Shown here in pieces: positions 30,513 through 39,768 of a DNA stretch of 64,000 nucleotides. The first letter of the stretch is position 1, and every line of letters begins with the position of its first letter. The stretch lies in assembly GCA_000092065.1 (NCBI GenBank), contig CP000587.1; one strand, 5' to 3'. This DNA comes from Ostreococcus lucimarinus (Eukaryota). A program made the position numbers and the translations under genes. The notes beneath the pieces are model-generated. The model was not told where the DNA came from and did not search any database. It worked only from the letters and a program-made list of their open reading frames with translations.

Positions 30513-33482
30513 TCACGTGAGAACCTTTTCCACGAAGTCGGCGCCGGCGATGGTGGCGATTTCTTCGATGACATCCTCTCGCGCGGGGGGATCGGGGTTG
30601 GGTAACCAAGACAAAGAGTCGGGAAGCGCCGCGTCCGCGTGGACGGCGTTTGGCTTGAACGCGACGCCGACGACGTCGCCTCCGTATTTATCCACAAACA
30701 TCAGCGCAGTGCCACCGACTCGATCTTCGGCATCCTTAATGAAACATTCGGTCGGGTCGAATCCTATGAGTAACGCCTCTCGCGCCTTGTCCGGACCTTT
30801 GTTCAAAAGCTTGGGCGGAAGTTTCGCGAGCTTGATGCTTTGCGCCAAGGTTTCTTCCTCGTCCTCATCTACGACGCTCATTTCGTTCTCGAACTGCGCT
30901 CGCATTCGCTTGTACAAGCGCTTGCTAGGGAACAACGCATGTTTTGGGAACGGCAGCGCGGTTCGACGTAGAACAAAAGCGGCATCGAATCCACTGAGAG
31001 ACGGTTTGAAGAAGCGCTCCCAGCACTCCGTCTCAAACATAGAGTGCTTCGACACGCCTTCGAGCACGGCTTGCATCTCCGACTGCGCTCGAGCTGCGAT
31101 GGAAACGAGTCGTTTCAGAACGACTGCGCCTGGCCCACTTTGTGTGAGCCGAATCCCGCTCCTATCGTGCGGCGTGACTATGCACATTGCTGGCGCTGTT
31201 TTCGCCGTTCTGTCGATGCTCTCAATCTCGGCGTCGCTCACGATACCTTCGGGATCTAATACTACCGGATCGAACCAAATGTGCGACGCAAATAGATTCA
31301 AGAAGCGCAAAAATGCCACCTCGCGGGACATCGGAGGCAAAGCTGCGCCTGGGTTGACGAACAACAACGCCACGAGGGCCTCGATCGCTTCGTCAGAAAG
31401 GTGTGGCGAAAACATGTGCGACGAGACCCAACGATTGATGAGCTGCGTCGAAAGGCCATACATCGGAAATCTTGCAGCAATTGATGCAATCAATCCAGCG
31501 TGAGATGCTCTCTCGATGAGTTTTCCCTCCGTCGCCTTGACGTGCGGACCACCGGCAGAGGCATTTACGTGAATGCGAAAAGCGTATCCTTCAAACAAAA
31601 TGTCAATCGCCTCTTCAGCGATGACACTTGGCATCGCGTAACTCTTTCGAAGAGACTCTGCGAGCTGTATGGCCATCATCGATCGCGTCTTTGCGATCGC
31701 GTCGGGGTCCTCTGGCCATCGACCGCTGCCCTCGAGGGACACCATGATGTCAAGAGTTTTGGGACATACAGCAATGTCGTCTTCGCTCTTTCCCAAGCCA
31801 ACGCCCGCACCGTGTGCTAGTGGATGCGGCGTCGGCGGAAATGGATCGGTTCCACGAAATGCTCCGCTCAAAGGCTGGACGTTGTTCACTTTGAGGGGCA
31901 TTTCTTTCAAATCCTTCATTCGTTTCGCCAAGCGATCCAACGTCTGAAGCAAACTCGCCGGAGAAGTACCTTCTTTCGAGCTGGCAATCTTGCTCAGAGG
32001 CTCGTCGAACATCTTTGAGCTCCATTCTATCTCATCGACGTTTGCCAGGTTGAGCTTCAGCGCTTGTTCGGCGACAATAGCTGGTATGTGATGTCGATTC
32101 GTCGGCGGAACAAAATCCCACACCACCGATTCACAGATTCGTCCATCCTTGAAGCGACGGAGCTCGGACCGTTCGCCCCAAAACTTGCGAAATTCTTTAG
32201 CTTCTTTGTCATCAGCCGAACTCGGACCGATGTCGACCAGTCGCAACGCGTGTTCAGGATCCAAAATTACCCCAACCCATATCTTGCACGATGCACTCCC
32301 GACGGTGTCGACGCTCGAACTTTGCGGCTCAAACGCACGAACGAGTTTTGCACGATCGCTCAAAGCGCGAGTAACAATACGTGCTACGTCTGATTCTGCG
32401 GTACGACGCCCACCCAAGTCACATTCGCCTTCATCTGCATTAACCATCACGTCGACGTGCATATGCAAATCGTACCGAACCGCGGCGGGACATTGGCCAA
32501 GTAACACGTTGCTAAACGCGGAATGACTAGATCTCTTCAACTCAGACGCTGAAAGTATCGCCTCGTGAATTAGCTCCTGCACCGCGCTCGCAGACATTCT
32601 CGCCATAATATTCACATGTCCACAAGGTCCAAGGAAAACGTTTGCGAAAGCGCGCTGCCACTCGCCCGCTTCTGCGGGTTTACCGCTTGCGTACAAACCC
32701 TTCTTAAAGAAGCCAGGCTTAGCGAGCGCGTTAATCGCGGCCCGAAACATCTGGCTAGTGTCCATACTACTACTCAATTGACCACCTCGCTCTAGCATGT
32801 ATGCGAAGAGCATCGAAATGAAAAATCCACTGACGCCATCCGCTGCGTCCAGCAACCGCCTTCCCTGCGCCCATCGCTTGAATAGCACCACCGCACCGGG
32901 CAAACTCTTCGCTTTCTTCGATGCTGCGGCAAAGAACTGTGCATGCATGCGTGCATACATGTCTTCCGCGATGGACTGGTTGTAATGCGGGCTCGCCGGC
33001 CGCACGTCTCCCCGTGCCAGCCTTCGCACGTTTGCTCTGTTAGGCAACAATCGAACCGATGCGAAAGTTTCGGGGTCTATCGTCAAAAACAAACGAAGTG
33101 CTTTTTTATTTTGCTTTTCTCCAAAGTGTACCGTGATATACGGCTTCCTTGCATCGCGGTGCTGGTCCATCACTTCGCACGACCACTCGGACGACTTCGA
33201 CAACTTTTTATGCAACACGTCCAGGTACACCGCTCGCTTGAAGTGATACCTGTGATCTAAATAATCCTTTTCTTGAAAGAACGACCGAGGCATTTCTACC
33301 GCGACGTCCACGACGACCCCTCCGTCACCATTCATGGGTACGTTGAAGCACCCTCCCTCTGCGTGACTCCCAATCGAGACGACCCGCGTCGGCGGCGCGA
33401 ATTTCAACGTCTTCCCCTCCACCTCCTCGCACTCCACCGCAAACCACGCCGGTGATTTGGCTTTAATTTCCTTCTCTTTCAA
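30513..33482 (-). CDS. NOL6: Nucleolar protein 6 / Nrap (UTP22-like SSU processome component). The 5' end is unresolved.
   Basis: VVSIGSHAEGGCFNV...FFQEKDYLDHRYHFKRAVYL matches the NOL6 Nrap nucleotidyltransferase-like domain, and the C-terminal domains align. The track start is a TTG with no in-frame ATG upstream of the conserved domain. Confidence 0.8.
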   Translation of the reverse strand: MKEKEIKAKSPAWFAVECEEVEGKTLKFAPPTRVVSIGSHAEGGCFNVPMNGDGGVVVDVAVEMPRSFFQEKDYLDHRYHFKRAVYLDVLHKKLSKSSEWSCEVMDQHRDARKPYITVHFGEKQNKKALRLFLTIDPETFASVRLLPNRANVRRLARGDVRPASPHYNQSIAEDMYARMHAQFFAAASKKAKSLPGAVVLFKRWAQGRRLLDAADGVSGFFISMLFAYMLERGGQLSSSMDTSQMFRAAINALAKPGFFKKGLYASGKPAEAGEWQRAFANVFLGPCGHVNIMARMSASAVQELIHEAILSASELKRSSHSAFSNVLLGQCPAAVRYDLHMHVDVMVNADEGECDLGGRRTAESDVARIVTRALSDRAKLVRAFEPQSSSVDTVGSASCKIWVGVILDPEHALRLVDIGPSSADDKEAKEFRKFWGERSELRRFKDGRICESVVWDFVPPTNRHHIPAIVAEQALKLNLANVDEIEWSSKMFDEPLSKIASSKEGTSPASLLQTLDRLAKRMKDLKEMPLKVNNVQPLSGAFRGTDPFPPTPHPLAHGAGVGLGKSEDDIAVCPKTLDIMVSLEGSGRWPEDPDAIAKTRSMMAIQLAESLRKSYAMPSVIAEEAIDILFEGYAFRIHVNASAGGPHVKATEGKLIERASHAGLIASIAARFPMYGLSTQLINRWVSSHMFSPHLSDEAIEALVALLFVNPGAALPPMSREVAFLRFLNLFASHIWFDPVVLDPEGIVSDAEIESIDRTAKTAPAMCIVTPHDRSGIRLTQSGPGAVVLKRLVSIAARAQSEMQAVLEGVSKHSMFETECWERFFKPSLSGFDAAFVLRRTALPFPKHALFPSKRLYKRMRAQFENEMSVVDEDEEETLAQSIKLAKLPPKLLNKGPDKAREALLIGFDPTECFIKDAEDRVGGTALMFVDKYGGDVVGVAFKPNAVHADAALPDSLSWLPNPDPPAREDVIEEIATIAGADFVEKVLT

Positions 33483-34144
33483 CTCTACGTCGGTGTGTCG
33501 TCGATCAAACGTCTCGTCAGTCTCGTTTCTTCGCGACTCGTTCGCCCGTTCGTCCTCGTCGTCCTCCTCGCGCGTCTTCGGTCTCAGTCATATGCTTGTC
33601 AATGTAAACATCACGAGGATATTCAGTTCTCAAAGATTAATATGTCTTCATCACCGACCGTCGACGCGCGTGGATGAGCCCTCGGCCCGGCTCCTCCTCG
33701 CTCACCGCGCGTTCGCTCGCTTCGTCGCACCTCGCACCGCCTCGCGCACCGCCCCGAGCGCGTCCTCGCTCGACGCCCGCGCGCGCGCTGTCGCCGCGCA
33801 TTCGTTCACGATCTCTCGCGCCAGCGTCTCGTCGTACGACGCGGCGGCGAACGCTTCGTCGTCCATCGTTCGTTTCCCTCGCTTCCCTCGCGAGCGCGCC
33901 TCCGGGACGACGACGCGACGACGCGCCGTCGCGATGTGAGGCGCGCCGCAGCCGCCACTCGGCGCGTCGAGGGATCGATTGATTGGTTGATTGCGGCGTG
34001 CGATGACTCGAATGCGTCATCGCACGGCGCGCGAATCGCGAATCGTGAAAACTCGCGACGAAAGCGCGGACGCGACGCGGACCGAGGCGCGTCAACGGCG
34101 CGCGACGCGCGTCTAGAACGAGCGAAGGACGAACGAAGGCGAGG

Positions 34145-34915
34145 ATGAATGCTCTGACGCAGATTAAGAATACGCAAAAGGCGACGATGCGGGAGATTGA
34201 GAGCGGGATGGGGGAGGAGGCGTCGTGGCACGCGAGATATAAGCACTCGGCGTACGTCTATGCCGGTGGATTAGCGTTCAACATGACGGAAGGGGACATT
34301 CTGGCGGTGTTCTCACAGTTTGGGGAGGTCGTCGACGTCAACTTGGTGCGCGACGAGGAGAAGGGTAGGAGTCGAGGATTCGCGTTCATTTGTTACGCCG
34401 ATCAGCGCTCGACGGTGTTAGCGGTGGATAACTTAAACGGTGCCACCGTTGTGGGACGAACGATCAAAGTCGATCACGTGGATGATTACAAGATGAAGAA
34501 CGAAGACGACGCGAACGCGAGAGAGTGGAAGTGCGCGTGCGGGTCTGAGAATTTCAAGTTCCGAGAAGCGTGTTTTAAGTGCGGTGCGCCTCGACCGGTG
34601 GTTAAGAGTGCGGTAGAGGAAGAACTAGAAAGACCCATCGCGGCAGACGGTGGTCGTGAAACTCGCGTTGAGGATAGTCGAGACGTCGTTGACGCGGCGG
34701 GTCCTCGAAACGCCGACGCGGAGGACGAAGATGCGCGAATCATTCGTGAGCTTATGGAGCGTAAAGCCGCGGCTATCGCGCGTGCAGAGGCTGCGGCGAA
34801 AGGTCTAACTATTCCTGGGGACGAGAAGGATGAGAAGAGAGATAGAAAACGGCATAAGAAGGAAAAAAAGGAGAAGAAGGAACGTCGCAGAGAACGCAGT
34901 CGGAGCCGAGACTAA
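34145..34915 (+). CDS. RBMX2/Snu17(Ist3)-like RRM splicing factor (RES complex) with a RanBP2-type zinc finger and a basic K/R tail
   Basis: WHARYKHSAYVYAGGLAFNMTEGDILAVFSQFGEVVDVNLVRDEEKGRSRGFAFICYADQRSTVLAVDNLNG is near-identical to RBMX2. WKCACGSENFKFREACFKCG is a ZnF_RBZ. Confidence 0.8.
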   Translation: MNALTQIKNTQKATMREIESGMGEEASWHARYKHSAYVYAGGLAFNMTEGDILAVFSQFGEVVDVNLVRDEEKGRSRGFAFICYADQRSTVLAVDNLNGATVVGRTIKVDHVDDYKMKNEDDANAREWKCACGSENFKFREACFKCGAPRPVVKSAVEEELERPIAADGGRETRVEDSRDVVDAAGPRNADAEDEDARIIRELMERKAAAIARAEAAAKGLTIPGDEKDEKRDRKRHKKEKKEKKERRRERSRSRD

Positions 34916-34974
34916 CTAGTTGTAGCATCATTTGTAGCGAGATATCATGATTTTAGCGTCTATTACAAATATAT

Positions 34975-36213
34975 CTAGTAAGTATCATCAATCGCGGCCT
35001 GCTCAGCTGATGGTAAATGCAACAAATGGTTGATGCATACGGCGACGGGATCTTTTGCCGGTCCACCCTTCATATTAATTACCGACATCCCACCGGGCGA
35101 AAGACTAAACATTTCTCCGCTATTCCTCTCTAGAGCGTGCGCTAGGAAATCTTGGCATACAACTTTGTCGTGAATGACGAAAGTAGAGCCCCCACCTTGA
35201 GTGCCTTCGGCCAAACTGGTCAAGATATCGTCCACAGAGTTCACGACTTTGGCTTCAAACGGGCACGTGCCGCTCATCTCGCGCTGGCATCGATCGAATA
35301 TCTTCTCCGCCAAACGAGCCGAGGGTCCGTCCGGCGAGTGCAACAGCGCGCCGACTGAGGTATTTTTCAACACGTTCACCATACTCCTTGTAATTTTAGC
35401 CTCTTCCTCTATGCTCGTCGGTGCGTGGACCAAAACGAGGGCGTCCTTCTTTCCAACCGGCGCCTCCGGCGTTTGATTGAAAACTTCTAGCTTAACCCCT
35501 CGCCCTGTGTTCGGCTCAAAGGACTCGTCGATGATCAACCTGCTCACTGCGCAATTACTTTGCACGATGCGTCTAAAATATTCCGGTCCGAGCCCGAGCG
35601 CGCTGCCAATCAGCGCTTGATTTACCGCGTTGTGCGCGACGACGAGAATTTTCGTTTCGCGTCTCGCGAGCAACGCCTCGTTCCACACCCGCGTCGCTCG
35701 ATCCCACAGCTCTCGCACGGGGTAATGTCCGTCGATTTCAAACTCGCTCGGATTCTTTTTCCAATTCGCATAGCTCTGACCGTATCTCTCCATCCCATCT
35801 TCCTTCAACAGCCCCTCAAACGCGTATAAATCAATCTCTCTCAAGTCGTCGACGTCCACGAACGCCGTCCCCGAGCGCGTCCCCCACGCGATTTCCGCCG
35901 TTTCTCGCGCCCGCGCCAGAGGTGATCGCAAGCACACGTCAAATTTATCCAACGCGATCACGTCTTTCGTCAAGTTCGCCTGCGCTTGACCTTTCGCCGT
36001 CAACACGGAAAAATTCGAACTCCCCTGAATCCGTCCTTCCTCGTTCCACGTGCTTTGGCCGTGTCTGACAAAGGTGAAGGCGCGACGCGTCGACGGTGGT
36101 GCGGGCGCTTTCGCGTCGAACGAGCGCGCGACGATCGAGCGACGCGACGATGCACGCACGAAGCGAGACGCCGCCGACCGGGACGGCGCACCGAACGACG
36201 ACGACGTCCGCAT
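34975..36213 (-). CDS. Tandem histidine-phosphatase (PGAM-like) protein resembling plant 2-carboxy-D-arabinitol-1-phosphatase (CA1Pase), with a plastid-transit-like N-terminus
   Basis: FVRHGQSTWNEEGRIQGSSNFSVLTAKGQAQA...DGHYPVRELWDRA...LVVAHNAVNQALIGSALGLGPEYFRRIVQSNCAVS matches Arabidopsis CA1Pase. A second, degenerate PGAM domain follows. Confidence 0.75.
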   Translation of the reverse strand: MRTSSSFGAPSRSAASRFVRASSRRSIVARSFDAKAPAPPSTRRAFTFVRHGQSTWNEEGRIQGSSNFSVLTAKGQAQANLTKDVIALDKFDVCLRSPLARARETAEIAWGTRSGTAFVDVDDLREIDLYAFEGLLKEDGMERYGQSYANWKKNPSEFEIDGHYPVRELWDRATRVWNEALLARRETKILVVAHNAVNQALIGSALGLGPEYFRRIVQSNCAVSRLIIDESFEPNTGRGVKLEVFNQTPEAPVGKKDALVLVHAPTSIEEEAKITRSMVNVLKNTSVGALLHSPDGPSARLAEKIFDRCQREMSGTCPFEAKVVNSVDDILTSLAEGTQGGGSTFVIHDKVVCQDFLAHALERNSGEMFSLSPGGMSVINMKGGPAKDPVAVCINHLLHLPSAEQAAIDDTY

Positions 36214-37187
36214 GGCGTCGCGCAGTGCAGCCGCGGCGGTTGGTCGGAAAAATCTAAAATTGCGAGCCGAAGGACGAGGGACGAATTTTCAAAGTCAGAC
36301 TAAGCGATGCAAGAAACTAATAGACTACTCACGCCCACGCGGAGACGGAAGAAACACTACGAACGAGCACGTCGTTGAACCACGCGACGAAGGCGACGGT
36401 AAGAAACACCATGACGAGTCCGACGAATGGCGTCACCGCTTCTTCCCGCGCGCTCGAGTCGTCAAACGCCCCGCTCGATAACTTTGTCATCGACGGCTTG
36501 CGCTCAGGAAACCCGTTCGGCAGCGAGCTTTCGAATCGCACCTTCGACCGCTGTCGTTTCTCCGCGAAACTCCCCGACGGCGATAAGATCCCTCTCGCGC
36601 TTCCGTGTCGTCCCACCGCTCGCGCGCTCGCGGAGACGCCGTCCTCGTCCTCGTCCTCGCCTCGCGCGTCTAACAAATCCTCTTCGAAATCGTCCTCCTC
36701 ATCGATCCCTCGTCGAAACGGTCGTCCGCGCGCGTCGTTCTCTTTCCCATCCAACCACCGCGTCGTCTTCCTCGCGTCGCGTCCGCGCGGCGACGTCCCA
36801 TTCGTCGGCGACGCGCCCATCGTCGCGCGTCCGCCCTCGCGGTGTGCGCGATCGTCCGCCGTCGACGGTGCCGCGTCGTCGCGCGCGCGCGCCTCGCGCG
36901 TGGGTTCACCCATCACTCGCTCGTCCGGTCTCGGACGCGCGCGCGACGCCGTGTGTCCATCACACGAGTCCCGAACGCCGTCGCACCATCCATCCATCGC
37001 GCCATCCATCGGCGGTCCGACGGATCCGGATCGGGACGCGGGCGCGATGGACGGATGGCGTGACGACGACGACGCGTCGACGTCCGCACGCGGTGGCGCG
37101 CGAATCGAATGTTCACCGCGTCGTGCGCGCGAAGAGCGACGACGAGGACGACGGCGCACGCGTTGCGCGCGCTGAAACGCGCGCGAC

Positions 37188-37220
<33 letters not shown>

Positions 37221-37246
37221 CGGCATCGCGCTCGACGCCGTCCGCG

Positions 37247-37744
37247 ATGCGAGGGGTGAAGAAGGAAAACTTGCCGAGCAAGGTGTGCGTGGTGTGCGAC
37301 AGACCGTTCACGTGGAGGAAAAAGTGGGAAAACTGTTGGGACGAAGTGACGACGTGCTCGAAGTCGTGCAACGGTAAGAGGAAGAGCGAACGACAGCGAG
37401 AGAACAAGGAAACGCGAGGCGAAGACGAAGACGAAGACGCGCGAGCGGCGCATAAGAAGTCGGTCAAGGCGCAAAAGGCGGAACGGAGGGCGCGATTAGA
37501 ATTCAATGGTAATCCAACGAGCGGGCAAAAGGCGTGCGATGAATGCTCGAAGATGGTGAACGAGCTGATTCGATGTCAAACGGACGCGACGAAACGGTGG
37601 CGTATGGTCTGCGGTTCGTGTTGGGTGAAAGTGAGCGGCGGCGTGGTGGATGGTGACGCAAATCACCCGCATTATCGATACGGTGGGTTATGGAAGAATA
37701 GACGCGCGCAAAATGCCGACGGAGGCGAGCCTTTAGTCTGTTAG
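37247..37744 (+). CDS. DUF2256-type zinc-finger protein with an additional C-terminal Cys-rich module (165 aa)
   Basis: [30 protein letters not shown] matches the DUF2256 signature (CxxCxRPFxWRKKW...W..V.YCS..C). The second module is [15 protein letters not shown]...WRMVCGSCW. The track ORF (37109) is TTG-initiated. First ATG at 37247. Confidence 0.6.
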   Translation: MRGVKKENLPSKVCVVCDRPFTWRKKWENCWDEVTTCSKSCNGKRKSERQRENKETRGEDEDEDARAAHKKSVKAQKAERRARLEFNGNPTSGQKACDECSKMVNELIRCQTDATKRWRMVCGSCWVKVSGGVVDGDANHPHYRYGGLWKNRRAQNADGGEPLVC

Positions 37745-37774
37745 CGGCTTAGAAGTAGCTATATTAATCATTTT

Positions 37775-38817
37775 TTACAGTTCCGCCTTGGCTTCCTTCG
37801 TCGCGTATTTACCGAGTCCGATGGTATTTTTTGATCGCTTGTCCGCACGTTTGATGGGAAACGGCATGCGTCCTCGTTGTGCTTCCTCGGGTAACATCGC
37901 CAAATACTTGTTGCAGAATTGAATCAGGGTGTTTTCGTTGAAACTATCGATCAGCCTCGCCTCGGCGTCGCGCTTCTTGCTCACGGGATCGTAACCGACG
38001 ATCGCAAGCCTTCCCCCAGCGAGCACGTCCATGTACTCCTGCTCCTCACCCTCGTAAACGGCAGTTTGCAAATATATGAGATCCTTTGTCGTCGGCGGCA
38101 CGACGTGAATGAGAACCATAAAGCCAGAAATGGCCTCTCCGACCTTTTCTAATGTTTTGTGAATGCGCACCCCATACTCGTCCGCGAATTCTTTAAGCAT
38201 GAACACAAACACTTTGGGCATGTCATTTTTCGCGTGCAGATTCGCTCGTTGAACTTCATCGACGGTACCTCTATTATCGGGAAACTCGGGCCATTTCGCG
38301 TACGGCGGAATGAGAGTGAAGAATGCGAAGCGCACTATGCTCGACACGTTGCGTTGCAAGCTCTCGGTCATCTCAGTCATGTGGTCGCTGTCCATGTAAT
38401 GTGGCGCCGGAATGAACACCTTGGCGAGTGCGTGCTCAGACTTCAATTTCAACGCTCGGCCGAAAGTGACATCATCGTGTCCGTACGAGCGAAACGTGTT
38501 TTCCGCGTCGGTGAACGCGTCAATCGCCGCTTGATGAACGCTCCCGGGCCGAAACAAAGCCAGAACCGCCAGCGTCTCCGTGCGTGAATCTTCGACAAAT
38601 TTGAGCAAGTCTCTTTCGGCGTCGAACTCCTCGACTGCGCGCACACCGGTGAACCGCTACGATCGAGGAATCCTCCGGTCAGTCTCACCACGCGCGCTCA
38701 TCGTGTCGATCAATTCAAGGCCATACGAGAACGAGTTCGAGGCGCCGTCGCTGCGCTTACCTCGCTCGCGAAGCACAACGCGAGGATAAGTGCGATTACT
38801 GATAACGATCGTCGCAT
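37775..38817 (-). CDS. Two-exon gene join(37775..38656,38761..38817) for an ER-luminal protein (312 aa): signal peptide plus a thioredoxin-fold-like body, ending in KAEL (a KDEL/KEEL-like retrieval signal)
   Basis: Exon 1 is ATG38817-MRRSLSVIALILALCFASE followed by a GTAAGC donor. A 104-nt intron ends CGATCGTAG and contains GAGACTGACC 23 nt upstream of the AG. Exon 2 begins RFTGVRAVEEFDAERD and is in frame to the stop at 37775. The track ORF began at a GTG inside exon 2. Confidence 0.6.
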
Positions 38818-38934
38818 GTTCGCTGCGGTTGATCTCGCAAGTGCGCCGACGTGTGCTGTCTGTCGCCCACGCGCGATGTCGACATCAATCACTCTGCGCT
38901 CCACTCGAGCCAACATCCAGAAACGACTTGTCAA

Positions 38935-39768
38935 ACAGTCGAGGCCGAGTTGTGAACGTCAACATGGAAAGTCTTACCCAGGTATCCATATGGATTTCGA
39001 TGCCCGCTCACAAATCGCGGAGAATTCAAGGAAATCCCCGACGGCGTACGCTGCACACCATGAACGCGCGTCGCGGTCGATTCGGCCGGCGTCGCGGTCG
39101 CTACCTCGGCGCGCGAGAAATAAATGAAATAATTAAATAATTTCTATGCGAACGCCACGGGCTCGCCAGCGAAGCGTCAATCGCGCGTCGCGCTCGACGC
39201 CCGTAATAATGCGATCACGAATCACCAATGGAATTAATTTCACGCGAAACCACGCGCATCTCGGTCGTCTGATATCAAATTCACACTTTCGACGACTGCT
39301 GGGCGAAAATTTCTCACATCGAGATGATCTGTCAAAACACATGCATGTCGCGTCGATAGGCGTAGAACCACCAAAAGTGCATTTGTTGGAGGTAAATGGT
39401 GTGTCGAAACTCATAGCCGCAACTTTTACAAAACCTTGACGCGATTCAGTGCTTGTGCATTCACGTTCCATGATGACGATAATTAAATATAATCTGAGCG
39501 CTTAAAATAATTAATTGCGCGGCGGAAACAATTCATTCGCGCTTGATATTGCACGTGCTATCTTGCTAAGTTTTCTAGTACTCTATCCTTGCGAGACTCC
39601 TCAAAATCATCGAGTCTCGCGCGAGTAGCGAAATAAATCCACCCGCGACGAAAATTAATAAGCCAATTAAATAAATCAGTCCGTGAAGAAATCGCCTGTG
39701 AGCGCACGTAATTTTGTTAGTCATCCTACGGAGAGCGTTCTGCGAGTGTGAGCGATCTTAGTGAACAC
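38935..39768. other. Atypically AT-rich intergenic island (about 830 bp) with reiterated AATTAAATAA-like motifs
   Basis: Contains taaatgaaataattaaataattt, gataattaaatataatc, aaaataattaattgcg and aaaattaataagccaattaaataaatcag. Base composition contrasts sharply with the flanking GC-rich DNA. No ORF or recognisable RNA gene. Confidence 0.5.

Noticed and set aside
36427-37377. 316-aa plus-strand Arg/Ser/Pro-rich ORF
   Set aside because: Low-complexity. Overlaps the better-supported DUF2256 gene start and the ambiguous 36214–37246 region. Not accepted as a gene without expression data.
39469-39496. TGATGA (C-box-like) and CTGA (D-box-like) pair suggesting a C/D snoRNA
   Set aside because: The boxes are only about 20 nt apart and the flanks (gttcca / gcgctt) cannot form the terminal stem. 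No second CTGA at snoRNA distance.
39690-39730. Sm-site-like GUAAUUUUGUUAG suggesting a U snRNA
   Set aside because: No recognisable U1/U2/U4/U5/U6 5' sequence or conserved loop in the flanks on either strand.
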